From: an uncultured Ruminococcus sp.
GTDB taxonomy: Bacteria; Bacillota; Clostridia; Oscillospirales; CAG-272
Reading direction: 5' to 3'
Assembly (NCBI GenBank): GCA_902779285.1
Contig: CACZAZ010000002.1
Location: 1-55,587, forward strand
Length of the DNA stretch: 55,587 bases
Each line of letters opens with the position of its first letter. The first letter of the stretch is position 1. The notes beneath the pieces were generated by a model that ran no database searches, was not told where the DNA came from, and was given only the letters and a program-made list of their open reading frames with translations. Positions 28,401-36,995 of this stretch are shown piece after piece. A program made the translations under genes and the position numbers.

Positions 28401-29494
28401 ATGGCGCCGGTCGCGTCGAAGACCGGATCGTATTCCTGGAAGAAGCCGATGTAGGCGTTTGAGAGCAGCGCGTCGGTGTCGAGTCCGTTTTCGCCTAACC
28501 CGTTGACCGTGCCGTCAGCCAGCGCGCGCATCACGCCCTTGACTCTCGCTCCCTCGCCGTCGAGCCAGTCGACGACGATCCCGGTCGATTGATCGCCGTT
28601 GTAATAAACGGGGGTATACCCCATCAGGTCGCCGAGTTTCCGTCCGTTGATCAGAACGCCGACGTCGAGCGAGAGAGCCCCCGTCGCCTCGTCCTCGACG
28701 ATCAGGTCGCCGATGGTCTTGCCCGCGACGATGCCGTTCAGCACGGCGCTGTCTCCGTTTGAAACGCTCTTGACCAGAAGGTCGATCATCACGTCGTTCA
28801 TCCCGTCGTTGATAACCGTCAGCATATCGCCGCCGTTGCCGACCACGTCGAGCGTCCTGCCGAGATCGAGCGAGCCGAGCAGTTCGAGCAGCGTAGGTTT
28901 GGCGGGATCCTTATAGACGGGGAAATAATGCCCGGAGGAATCCTTTTCGTACTGCACGCCGGCGAGGTATCCGAGTTTGATCCCGGTGAGCAGGTCGGTC
29001 ATCTTCAGTTCGACGACCTCTTTCAGCGTTTTTCCGGTCAGCGCCTCGCGAGCCGGCTCCGCCAGAACGTCGCTCGGCAGGAACTGGAACAGATAGGAGA
29101 CGTCGGTATGTTCGAGAATCGCGGAAATGCCGCTCTTCGAGAAGATCTCTTTCACCGAAAGCGACCGCACGCCGGAGGGGATCTTCTCCATGACCTCGTC
29201 CGGGATCTTCAGACCCCATCTTTCGATCAGAAGGTCGATCGACACGGTCTTGTCGAGGTCCTGCAGTTCCTTGATCTCGGCGACGAACGCCTTGATAGTC
29301 ATAGCGGTCAGATCGACCTCGGCGTCCTCGTCGACGTACTGATCCTCGTTCACCGAGACGACACCCCATTTTTCAAGTTGATCGAGCGAGACCTTGGCGT
29401 AGGCATAGTAACCCACCCCGAAGATCGCCCCGATACAGGAGAGAAAGCCGAGGAAGAAAGCCAGGACCAAAGCGAGAAAACGCGAAACCGTCAT
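25442..29494 (-). CDS. 1350-aa N-terminally anchored acidic repeat protein of unknown function
   Basis: N-terminal TM; about 17-18 copies of a [VIL]G-x-x-[ML]-x-Y ... W motif; 174-bp DNA period (27926, 28100, 28274) and about 483-486-bp higher-order period; promoter TTGCAT-17-TATAAT (29575-29603). Confidence 0.85.
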   Translation of the reverse strand: MTVSRFLALVLAFFLGFLSCIGAIFGVGYYAYAKVSLDQLEKWGVVSVNEDQYVDEDAEVDLTAMTIKAFVAEIKELQDLDKTVSIDLLIERWGLKIPDEVMEKIPSGVRSLSVKEIFSKSGISAILEHTDVSYLFQFLPSDVLAEPAREALTGKTLKEVVELKMTDLLTGIKLGYLAGVQYEKDSSGHYFPVYKDPAKPTLLELLGSLDLGRTLDVVGNGGDMLTVINDGMNDVMIDLLVKSVSNGDSAVLNGIVAGKTIGDLIVEDEATGALSLDVGVLINGRKLGDLMGYTPVYYNGDQSTGIVVDWLDGEGARVKGVMRALADGTVNGLGENGLDTDALLSNAYIGFFQEYDPVFDATGAITGWLKGDGNPPDRVNRTLAGKKLTNLLGDGFSTDDLIAGLYVGDLMNYTPVEDGSGNIVDWKDSNGEDLDRVTAALAKQPVEELTSGDFEVDDALEGLYVGDLMKYTPVKDGEDNIVGWKDSNGEDLDRVSESLAKKKITDLTGGDFQVADALDGLYVGDLLKYTPVKDDPLDAEKVTGWLDKDNKPVTGLDRATANIDLKRLIDDDTYKVADAFDEVYLGEAMGYHHGDDPLPKVDPLDENEALRYQWYKTKDAVSGDLSNPTAGIEQKLSNYFLGDLIDGKITSDELTKGMPLHELLNLHAVDVPLYDNAGDPMLYTTGDHVGEQATVKLWYDKNNVRQSDTISALAYCTIDGISSQVNAVKVGGVTGLTLFEGNWYKAEFRSFGVDDDRYCLSAASGVLPSLADLSIGDLSNNDLVTEKIKAVQIGDAMGYSFYGGVWYTDSTHATPVSGMMKALAPKTVGNMETIGDDTAIGELLGYTKVGGVWYETYVDVGDPGNVKASGIMASIADFHINGLGDNVKTIRIGSILELYRYETDDPLDPNYGTWYKDDARTVPADGIMAKFAELTVEDLKDSSKVTAKTKTILIGEAMGYTYSGGVWYTDDTLATPVSGMMKALAPKTVGEMDTVSTTVPVGELLGYQKVGGVWYSTYIGPADPGNAEASGVIGAICDSYVDTLSNDIEDMELGKVLSLYKYDNELDPLDPKNGKWYKDRAYTEEAVGVMVSFADMKIRDLSDETQVSAKSVNVVIGYAMGYAYDGGVWYTDSTLATPVTGVMKSLAPKRVGELNDITHTMTVGEIMGYEKVGGVWYSTYIAPADPGNVRATGVIQAVADSTIDNLESDLNDTKVGKILGYTYDEVEHWWYDGVTKTSTIINTVSDTELDQLGTRMSNLTVADMFSDTERASGFLSLLPGNARLDELGGSGPNSMSSIFQNTTMGDYVTKGLINFSASTQAKLTLIDPSWQTRTIQQFIDHLINSVPVAP

Positions 29495-29633
29495 ATCGTT
29501 CTCCTTTCGGATGTCCCCTCGCGTACGCGAAGGGGAGCACGCACGCGTCCGTGCGAGTATAGTTCGATAGAATAATTATAGCACCAAAGAAAAAGAAATG
29601 CAAGGGGGTTGCGGGAAAGTCGCCGGGTTCCCC

Positions 29634-29775
29634 TCATTAGCGAGCGCAGCGAGCTACATCATTAACGAGCAGAGCGAGTTACATCATCAGCCCGCTTGCG
29701 GGCGACATCATTAGCGAAGCGCAGCGAGCTACATCATTGACCTCGTGCGACGCGGAGCAAAGCAAGAGGTCACAT
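29634..29775. repeat. Array of five hairpins separated by CATCAT linkers
   Basis: TAGC..GCTA, TAAC..GTTA, GCCCGC-TT-GCGGGC, TAGC..GCTA, TGACCTC..GAGGTCA. Confidence 0.7.
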
Positions 29776-29921
29776 CCGCCGGGTTCGACGCACGCGCGGG
29801 GCGCGTGCTACCGGATAACGCTCGCCCGAACTCTGTTAAACGGGCGGCTGTTTCGGAGGGGCGAGCGTCTTGTGTTTGCAAGCAAACACGACCGGTTCGA
29901 AATTGGGCGGAGGCACCATAG

Positions 29922-29958
29922 ATAGAAGGCAGGGCGCCCGCGGGCGCCCTGCCTTCTA
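29922..29958 (-). terminator. Perfect palindrome immediately 3' of tRNA-Leu (terminator candidate)
   Basis: ATAGAAGGCAGGGCGCCC-G-CGGGCGCCCTGCCTTCTAT-like dyad adjacent to the CCA end. Confidence 0.6.
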
Positions 29959-30047
29959 TGGTGCCGATGACCGGGTTCGAACCGGTACGGGAGTTAAGTC
30001 CCATCGGATTTTAAGTCCGAGGCGTCTGCCAGTTTCGCCACATCGGC
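29959..30047 (-). tRNA. tRNA-Leu (anticodon TAA)
   Basis: GCCGATG/CATCGGC acceptor stem, CT-TAA-AA anticodon loop, long variable arm, GGTTCGAACC T loop, encoded CCA; promoter TTGACT-17-TATACT (30064-30092). Confidence 0.97.
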
Positions 30048-30170
30048 TTGATATGCAGTCAACAGTATAGCATTCCGAAGAAAAAAAGTCAAGCCGAACG
30101 ATTGATTTTCCGTTCCGCGTCTGCTATAATAAGACGGTAGGATGCAACTTGGAACAGACGGAGAAAAAAT

Positions 30171-31064
30171 ATGAAATTCAAGCCGATCAAACCGATCAGA
30201 ACAGTCGAAAAAGTCGAGAATCAGCGGTTCGGAGAAGAGCGTTCGCTTTACGGAGCGCGCGGTCTTCAGGTCGAGAATTGCCGTTTTGAAGGAGAGGAGG
30301 ACGGAGAGTCCGCCCTGAAAGAGGGACGGAAGATCACCGTTCTTGATTCTTTTTTCGCTCTGCGCTATCCTTTCTGGCACGATACGGGTCTCGTCGTGAA
30401 GAACTGCGAGATGACCGAGACCTGCCGCGCCCCCTTCTGGTACGATAGGAACGTCGTGATGGACGGCTGCAAAATGCACGGCGTCAAGGCGTTCCGCGAG
30501 TGTCGGGAAGTGGAGATCAAGAACTCCGATATCGTCTCGCCCGAATTCGGGTGGCGGACGCAGAAGATCTCGCTCTTCGACACCTCGCTTTCGGGCGAAT
30601 ACGCCTTTTTCGGCGGGTCGCGGATCGTGGCGCGGGGGCTGCGTTTTACGGGCAAATACTCGTTTCAATACGTCAAGGACGCCGAGATCGCGGACAGCGA
30701 ACTCGACACCAAGGACGCCTTCTGGCACACGAAGGACGTCACCGTCCGCGACAGCGTGATCCGGGGCGAATACCTCGGCTGGTATTCCGAGAACCTCACG
30801 CTGATCCGCTGTAAGATCGTCGGTACCCAGCCGCTCTGCTACTGCCGCAATCTGACCCTGATCGACTGCGAGACCGAGAACTGCGACCTTGCGTTCGAGT
30901 ATTCCTCGGTCACGGCGACCCTTCGCGGACACGTCGTCTCGATCAAAAATCCCCTGTCCGGCAAGATCGTCTGCGATTCGGCGGGCGAGGTCATCTTAAA
31001 AGACTCGGTCTACCCCTGCGGATGCGAGATCGTGGTCGGGGGCGAACGCCGGGACCACTTGTGA
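30171..31064 (+). CDS. DUF3737 family beta-helix protein
   Basis: FGEERSLY, GEEDGESALKE, LRYPFWH, CRAPFWY, GKYSFQY, LDTKDAFWH, GEYLGW, GTQPLCYC, DLAFEYS; promoter TTGATT-17-TATAAT (30102-30130). Confidence 0.85.
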   Translation: MKFKPIKPIRTVEKVENQRFGEERSLYGARGLQVENCRFEGEEDGESALKEGRKITVLDSFFALRYPFWHDTGLVVKNCEMTETCRAPFWYDRNVVMDGCKMHGVKAFRECREVEIKNSDIVSPEFGWRTQKISLFDTSLSGEYAFFGGSRIVARGLRFTGKYSFQYVKDAEIADSELDTKDAFWHTKDVTVRDSVIRGEYLGWYSENLTLIRCKIVGTQPLCYCRNLTLIDCETENCDLAFEYSSVTATLRGHVVSIKNPLSGKIVCDSAGEVILKDSVYPCGCEIVVGGERRDHL

Positions 31065-31119
31065 CGGGATCCTTTCTTCCTACGACGGCAAAGTTACGTA
31101 TTGAAAGGGATCCGTAAAA

Positions 31120-32709
31120 ATGAATTACGAAAACGAAATACGGCGGCGGCGCACTTTTGCGATCATTTCGCACCCCGACGCCGGTAAAACCACGCTGACC
31201 GAAAAGTTCCTGCTCTACGGCGGCGCGATCCAGTCCGCGGGCTCGGTCAAGGGCAAACAGGGCGACCGCCACGCGACGTCGGACTGGATGGAGATCGAAA
31301 AGAAGCGCGGGATCTCGGTCACGTCGTCGGTCCTCCAGTTCGAGTACGACGGCTACTGCGTCAACATCCTCGACACCCCGGGACACCAGGATTTCTCCGA
31401 GGACACCTATCGTACGCTGATGGCGGCGGACAGCGCCGTCATGGTGATCGACGCGGCGAAGGGCATCGAGCCCCAGACCCGCAAACTGTTCCGCGTCTGC
31501 GCTCTGCGCGGCATCCCGATCTTCACCTTCATCAACAAACTCGACCGCGAGGCGCGCGATCCCTTCGACCTGCTCGACGAACTGGAAAAGGAGTTCGGCA
31601 TCGGGACCTATCCCGTCAACTGGCCGATCGGGTGCGGGCGCGATTTCCGCGGGGTCTTCGACCGGCAGAAACGCTGCGTCGAGGTCTTCGACGAATTCCA
31701 CCGGGGACGCGAACGGCTGCAGGCGATCGAATGCGACCTGACCGACGTCGCCAAGATGGACGAACTGATCGGTCCGTTCGCCCGCGAAAAACTCACCGAG
31801 CAGATCGAATTGCTCGACGTGGCGAGTTACGAATTCGACCTCGACCGCGTCCGGTGCGGCAAACTGTCGCCCGTCTTCTTCGGCTCGGCGCTGAACAATT
31901 TCGGGGTCGAGACCTTCCTGCAGAACTTCCTCAAAATGTCCCCTCCCCCTCTCCCGCATCTCTCGGAGGGCGTCGAGATCGACCCGGTTTCGGAGGGGTT
32001 TTCGGCGTTCGTGTTCAAGATCCAGGCGAATATGAACAAAGCGCACCGCGACCGCATCGCCTTCTTCCGCATCTGCTCGGGCAAGTTCGAGCGCGGAAAA
32101 GAGTATCGGCACGTGCGCACCGGCAAGAACGTGAAACTCTCGCAGCCCCAGCAGATGATGGCGCAGGAGCGCGAGGTGATCGACGAGGCGTACGCCGGGG
32201 ACATCATCGGCGTCTTCGATCCCGGCATCTACTCGATCGGGGACACGGTATGCGAGATCGGTAAAGAGATCCGCTACGCGGGCATCCCGACCTTCGCGCC
32301 CGAGCATTTTGCCGTGGTCGAGCAGATCGACTCGATGAAGCGCAAGCAGTTCGCCAAGGGGATGGAGCAGATCGCGGAAGAAGGCGCGATCCGCATCTTC
32401 CTCGAGCCCGGAATGGGGATGGAACGCGTCACGGTCGGCGTGGTCGGCGTGCTGCAGTTCGACGTGCTCGAATTCCGGATGGAGAGCGAGTACGGCGTCA
32501 AGTACCGCCGCTCGGATCTGCCGCACACGCTGATCCGCTATCTCCCCGAAGGGGTGGATCCCGCCGCGCTCAAACTGATGCAGTCGACGCGCCGCGTGAC
32601 CGACCTGAAGGGACGGAACCTGCTGATCTTTACCGCGGATTACGAGATCCGCTGGGCGGAGGAAAAGAACCCCGGTCTTTCTTTGATCGAATTCGATCAG
32701 GTCGTCTGA
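31120..32709 (+). CDS. prfC: Peptide chain release factor 3
   Basis: RRRTFAIISHPDAGKTT, SDWMEIEKKRGISVTSS, DTPGHQDFSEDTYRTL, INKLDR, GVVGVLQFDV. Confidence 0.97.
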   Translation: MNYENEIRRRRTFAIISHPDAGKTTLTEKFLLYGGAIQSAGSVKGKQGDRHATSDWMEIEKKRGISVTSSVLQFEYDGYCVNILDTPGHQDFSEDTYRTLMAADSAVMVIDAAKGIEPQTRKLFRVCALRGIPIFTFINKLDREARDPFDLLDELEKEFGIGTYPVNWPIGCGRDFRGVFDRQKRCVEVFDEFHRGRERLQAIECDLTDVAKMDELIGPFAREKLTEQIELLDVASYEFDLDRVRCGKLSPVFFGSALNNFGVETFLQNFLKMSPPPLPHLSEGVEIDPVSEGFSAFVFKIQANMNKAHRDRIAFFRICSGKFERGKEYRHVRTGKNVKLSQPQQMMAQEREVIDEAYAGDIIGVFDPGIYSIGDTVCEIGKEIRYAGIPTFAPEHFAVVEQIDSMKRKQFAKGMEQIAEEGAIRIFLEPGMGMERVTVGVVGVLQFDVLEFRMESEYGVKYRRSDLPHTLIRYLPEGVDPAALKLMQSTRRVTDLKGRNLLIFTADYEIRWAEEKNPGLSLIEFDQVV

Positions 32710-32717
32710 TATTCTTC

Positions 32718-32766
32718 AAAAACCCCCGCCCCCGGCGTTTTCTGCGCCGGAGGCGGGGGTTTTCTT
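32718..32766. terminator. Bidirectional terminator between prfC and the PHP gene
   Basis: AAAACCCCCGCC...GGCGGGGGTTTT. Confidence 0.7.
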
Positions 32767-32784
32767 TATTTTTTTGTGAGATCG

Positions 32785-33609
32785 TCAGAAGGGGAGATCG
32801 ATCGGCTCGCGCTTACGGTAGACGGTATAATGCGTGAATCCGAGCGGCGCGACCCGTTCTTCCGCCTCGCGGAAGCCGATACCGACCCGTGCGGCGGTAT
32901 GCGCGTCGGAGCCGAACGTGATCCTTTTCCCGCCGAGGTCGCGGTAGAGCGAGAGGATCGGCTCGTCGGGCATCATCATTCCGCCCGGCTCGCCGTCCGA
33001 GAGCCCCGACGTGTTGATCTCAAGCGCCGCTCCCCGCCGGATCACAGCGGAGAGGATCGCGGCGATCGCGTCGCGGCGGCGGGAGAGATCGACCTTGCGG
33101 CGGTACTTTCCGATCAGATAGCGGAGCGGACAGGTCAGGTGCGCGAGAACGTCGAAGTCGTTCGTTTCCGCCATCGTCAAAAGAAGCGACAGGTAGTGTG
33201 CGAACAGTCCCTCGATCTCCCCGTCGCTCCACGTTTCCCCGAAATCGCAGCGCGAGTAGGCGTCGTTCAATTTCCCGAACGAGAGACAATGGACCGACCC
33301 GATCACGAGGTCGTAATCGGCAAGCGACAGGACCGAGCGTCCGCCGTCCCGCGACGCGAAATAATCGCCGATCTCCACCCCGCGCGAAACCGACAGATCG
33401 GGGTAACGTTCCCCCGCCTCGGTCGCCTCACGGACCGATCGTGCAATCCTGTCGCGCGTCTCTTCCGGGTCGACCCCGAAAAGATCGGCGTGATCGGTGA
33501 TCGCAACGCCCGAAAGACCCCGCGCCCGAGCGGCAAGGCAGATCGCGTCAAAGCTCTCCTTCGAATCGTGCGAACAATGCGTGTGCAGATGCTGGTCGTA
33601 TGCGATCAT
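32785..33609 (-). CDS. PHP-domain histidinol-phosphatase (HisK family)
   Basis: DQHLHTHCSHD, ITDH, GVEIG, DLVIGSVH, DVLAHL, LEINTS, TFGSDAH; AAGGAG RBS before ATG 33609. Confidence 0.85.
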   Translation of the reverse strand: MIAYDQHLHTHCSHDSKESFDAICLAARARGLSGVAITDHADLFGVDPEETRDRIARSVREATEAGERYPDLSVSRGVEIGDYFASRDGGRSVLSLADYDLVIGSVHCLSFGKLNDAYSRCDFGETWSDGEIEGLFAHYLSLLLTMAETNDFDVLAHLTCPLRYLIGKYRRKVDLSRRRDAIAAILSAVIRRGAALEINTSGLSDGEPGGMMMPDEPILSLYRDLGGKRITFGSDAHTAARVGIGFREAEERVAPLGFTHYTVYRKREPIDLPF

Positions 33610-33799
33610 GCCGTCTCCTTCCGCGCCCGGCGGGCGTTTTTCCGTCTCATTATAGCAGACGCCCCGCCGCTCTGTCAAGCCCGCAAAAGAATTTGCCCGG
33701 CGCGTTACGGAAAACTTTCGATCCTGCGAAAATGTTCTTGCTTTCCTCGCCGTCAACCGTTATAATAGAGTATAGAACGAAAACAAGGACGGTGTTATT

Positions 33800-35167
33800 A
33801 TGAACTTCTTTTCCGAAGACTTTATGCTGAACGGCAAGACCGCGAAAAAACTCTACCATAAGTTTGCCGAGGGGCTGCCGATCATCGACTACCATTGCCA
33901 CATCCCGCCGGCGGAGATCGCGGAGGATCACCGCTTCTCGGGGATCACCGAACTGATGCTGGGGGGCGACCACTACAAGTGGCGGATGATGCGCTCGTTC
34001 GGGATCGAGGAAAAGTATATCACGGGCGACGCCCCGGACTTTGACAAGTTCCTCGCCTACGCGACGGCTTTGCCCATGGCGATCGGGAATCCCCTGCTCC
34101 ATTGGACGCAGCTCGAACTGAAGCGCTATTTCGGGATCGACGAGATGCTGACCCCCGGATCCGCGAAACGGATCTACGACAATGCGAACGCCCTGCTCGC
34201 GTCCGACGGCTACACCGCCCGCGGTCTGATCGCGCGCTCGAACGTCGAGGTGATCTGCACGACCGACGATCCCGCGGACGACCTGCACTACCACCGCGAG
34301 ATCAAGGCGTCGGGGATGATGACCCGCGTGCTTCCCGCGTTCCGTCCCGACAAAGCCGTGAATATCCGCAAGGACACGTTCCTCCCCTATATCGAAAAGA
34401 CCGGGGCGAAGACCTACGGAGAACTGCTCGAATGGCTCCGCTGCCGGATCGATTTCTTCCACGAGAACGGCTGCCGTCTCTCGGACCACGGGCTGGATTA
34501 CGTTCCCTACGCCGAGGGCGACCCCGCGCCGATCTTTGCCCGCGCGCTCGCGGGAGAGAACGTCACCCGGGAGGAAGCCGAGATCTATCAGACCGCCGTG
34601 ATCAAGTTCTGCGCGCGCGAATATTGCCGCCGCGGATGGGCGCTCCAGATACATACCGGGGCGATCCGGAACAACAACGCCCGCGCCTTCAAGGAACTCG
34701 GTCCCGACGCGGGATTCGACAGCATCAACGACCCGCGCACCTCGGAAAACGTCAACCGTCTGCTCAACTCCCTGGACGAGACCGACGAGTTGCCGAAGAC
34801 CATCCTCTATTCGCTGAATCCGAACGACAACTATACCTTGGCGACCTGTATGGGCAACTTCCAGCGCCCGCCCTTCAAATCGAAGATCCAGCTGGGCTCC
34901 GGCTGGTGGTTCAACGATCAGCGGGACGGGATGGAGGCGCAGCTCCGGGCGTTCGGCAACCTCGGCGTGCTCGGATGCTTCGTCGGGATGCTGACCGACT
35001 CGCGCAGTTTCGTGTCCTATCCCCGGCACGAGTATTTCCGCCGCATCCTCTGCAATCTGCTCGGCTCTTTCGTCGACCGCGGCGAGTACCCGGCGGATAT
35101 GGAGCTGCTCGGCAGGATCGTCCGCGGGATCTCGTACGAAAACGCGAAAGCGTACTTCGGGTTTTAA
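33800..35167 (+). CDS. uxaC: Glucuronate isomerase
   Basis: PIIDYHCH, GDHYKWRMMR, GNPLLHWTQLEL, CTTDDP, GSGWWFND, MLTDSRSF, YPRHEYFRR; promoter TTGCTT-17-TATAAT (33738-33766). Confidence 0.97.
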   Translation: MNFFSEDFMLNGKTAKKLYHKFAEGLPIIDYHCHIPPAEIAEDHRFSGITELMLGGDHYKWRMMRSFGIEEKYITGDAPDFDKFLAYATALPMAIGNPLLHWTQLELKRYFGIDEMLTPGSAKRIYDNANALLASDGYTARGLIARSNVEVICTTDDPADDLHYHREIKASGMMTRVLPAFRPDKAVNIRKDTFLPYIEKTGAKTYGELLEWLRCRIDFFHENGCRLSDHGLDYVPYAEGDPAPIFARALAGENVTREEAEIYQTAVIKFCAREYCRRGWALQIHTGAIRNNNARAFKELGPDAGFDSINDPRTSENVNRLLNSLDETDELPKTILYSLNPNDNYTLATCMGNFQRPPFKSKIQLGSGWWFNDQRDGMEAQLRAFGNLGVLGCFVGMLTDSRSFVSYPRHEYFRRILCNLLGSFVDRGEYPADMELLGRIVRGISYENAKAYFGF

Positions 35168-35579
35168 AAAGCGACGGGTTTTCCCGCTTTCTGCAAGCCG
35201 CGCCCTTTCTTTCCGGGTACGACCGCATCCCCGTAGCGGGCGCAGCGCCTGAAGCCGGAACAATGAACTTTCATAAAGAAACGGATCAGCGGAACGGCTC
35301 GGAATTCGCCGTTCCGTTGCTTTACAGCCGTTTCCGCAAAGTTTTCTTTACATTGACAAATAAAATTTACAGATTGGCGGTCGTTTGCGAAGCGAGGGGA
35401 GCGGGTTTGAAGTCTTTGACCGCAAAGCACGGGGCAGAACGGAGTTTTCATCCTGTTTTCGGGCGGCGCGGCGGTATTTCGGCTTTTTTTGACGTTTTCC
35501 GCGTCAGCCGTTGACCGTCGGGGGGAAGCCGTGCTATAATGGGAAAGGCAACCCAATCAAAACCGAAAGGAAACGTATT

Positions 35580-35936
35580 ATGAAAACGATCGGCAACGTC
35601 ATCTGGCTCATTCTGACCGGACTTGAAATGGCTCTCGCGTGGTTCTTCCTCGGCATTATCTGGTGCGTCACCATTATCGGCATCCCCTTCGGCAAGCAAT
35701 GCTTCAAGCTGGCGCGGGTCGCGATCTGGCCCATGGGCACGAAGGTCTCGACCGATTTCGGCAAGCACCCGATCGCCAACGTGATCTGGCTGATCTTCGG
35801 CGGGATCGGGCTCGGCTTCGGCTTTATCTTCGCGGGGATCCTCTGGTGCATCACCATTATCGGCATCCCGTTCGGCAAGCAGTGCTTCAAGCTCGCCAAG
35901 CTCGGATTCATCCCGTTCGGCGCGACCGTCGAATGA
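35580..35936 (+). CDS. YccF-family (DUF307) membrane protein with internal duplication
   Basis: Two copies of NVIW...IIGIPFGKQCFKLA; GAAAGGA RBS; promoter TTGACC-18-TATAAT. Confidence 0.9.
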   Translation: MKTIGNVIWLILTGLEMALAWFFLGIIWCVTIIGIPFGKQCFKLARVAIWPMGTKVSTDFGKHPIANVIWLIFGGIGLGFGFIFAGILWCITIIGIPFGKQCFKLAKLGFIPFGATVE

Positions 35937-36123
35937 CCCGTTTGCGCCCCGCCGCGTTTTGCGGCGGGGCGTATTACGTTCTCTGCAGGCGCAGAACGTG
36001 TCGTATACGTCGCTTACGGCGGATATATCGCTTTGCCAAGGGCGAAGAATCGCGCGGGGGTCGCCCCGCTTCTTTTCTTTTTGCCACCGTTGCGCGTTTT
36101 TCGCGGCGCAACGCGCATCCCTC

Positions 36124-36152
36124 TTGCATTTTTCTTTTTCTTGTGCTATAAT
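36124..36152 (+). promoter_or_regulatory. sigma-A promoter upstream of the riboswitch
   Basis: TTGCAT-17-TATAAT with TG extended -10. Confidence 0.75.
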
Positions 36153-36184
36153 GGTCGGGCAACCGGGAAACGCGGCTGCAAATC

Positions 36185-36234
36185 AGCGGAGTTCGGGCTC
36201 TAAATCCTTCGCTTTAAAAAACAAAACCAAGGAG
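36185..36234 (+). ncRNA. preQ1 class I riboswitch candidate
   Basis: P1 AGCGGAG/CTTCGCT, loop TTCGGGCTCTAAATC (cf. B. subtilis GUUCUAGCUACACCC), A-rich tail TTAAAAAACAAAACC abutting SD AAGGAG (cf. T. tengcongensis UUAACAAAACAAG); directly upstream of a VUT transporter. Confidence 0.75.
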
Positions 36235-36239
36235 AAACA

Positions 36240-36995
36240 ATGAAAAACAGAATCAAAGCAGACTGGGCGGATACGCGGCTTCTGTTCCGCTGTATCCCCG
36301 CGACCGTCGCCACGCTCTTCGCCGTGTCGGTCGTGATGATGAATCTTTTGGCGAACAAGACGATCTACCAGTCGGCATACCTTGCGCTCGACGGCGGGAT
36401 CCTTGTGTCCTGGCTGTCGTTTTTGTGTATGGACGTCGTGACGAAGGCGTTCGGGCCGAAGGCGGCGACCAAACTCTCGGTGTTCGCGATCGGCGTCAAC
36501 CTGATCGTCTGCTTCTTCTTTTATATCGTCAGCGTCATCCCGACGAAGGACGATTTCTCCGCGTTCAATCAGACCGTCGGCGGCACCTGGTTCATCCTGC
36601 TTTCCAGCACGGTCGCGTTTCTCTTTTCCGCTTTCATCAACAACTTTATGAACTGGGGGATCGGGCGGGCGTTCAAGCGGAATCCCGACGGCAAACTCGC
36701 CTTCTTTACCCGGTGCTACGCCTCGACCTTTCTCGGGCAGTTCTTCGACAATTTCATCTTTGCGATCCTGACCTTCACGGTCTTCGCCCCGATCTTCTGG
36801 GACGGCTTCTCCTGGACGATCCTGCAATGCTTCACCTGTTCGCTGCTCGGGGCGGGAGCGGAACTCTTCTGCGAGGTGATCTTCTCCCCGCTCGGCTATA
36901 AGATCGTGCGCCGCTGGGAGCGCGAGGGGATCGCGGATCCGTACCTCAAACGAACGTCCGCCGAAAACAGCGAAAGCGAGGGGGTTTTGGTATGA
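36240..36995 (+). CDS. VUT/YhhQ family queuosine-precursor transporter
   Basis: MNLLANK, FLCMDVVTKAFGPKAA, LSSTVAFL, TFLGQFFDNFIF; multi-TM. Confidence 0.85.
   Translation: MKNRIKADWADTRLLFRCIPATVATLFAVSVVMMNLLANKTIYQSAYLALDGGILVSWLSFLCMDVVTKAFGPKAATKLSVFAIGVNLIVCFFFYIVSVIPTKDDFSAFNQTVGGTWFILLSSTVAFLFSAFINNFMNWGIGRAFKRNPDGKLAFFTRCYASTFLGQFFDNFIFAILTFTVFAPIFWDGFSWTILQCFTCSLLGAGAELFCEVIFSPLGYKIVRRWEREGIADPYLKRTSAENSESEGVLV

Noticed and set aside
13811-28462. Very long antisense ORFs (13811..16042 -, 19681..22464 -, 25472..28462 +)
   Set aside because: They mirror motif-bearing genes on the other strand; strong GC3 bias suppresses antisense stops.
29760-30050. Prophage or ICE integrated at tRNA-Leu
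   Set aside because: No integrase and no duplicate of the tRNA 3' end was seen in the window.
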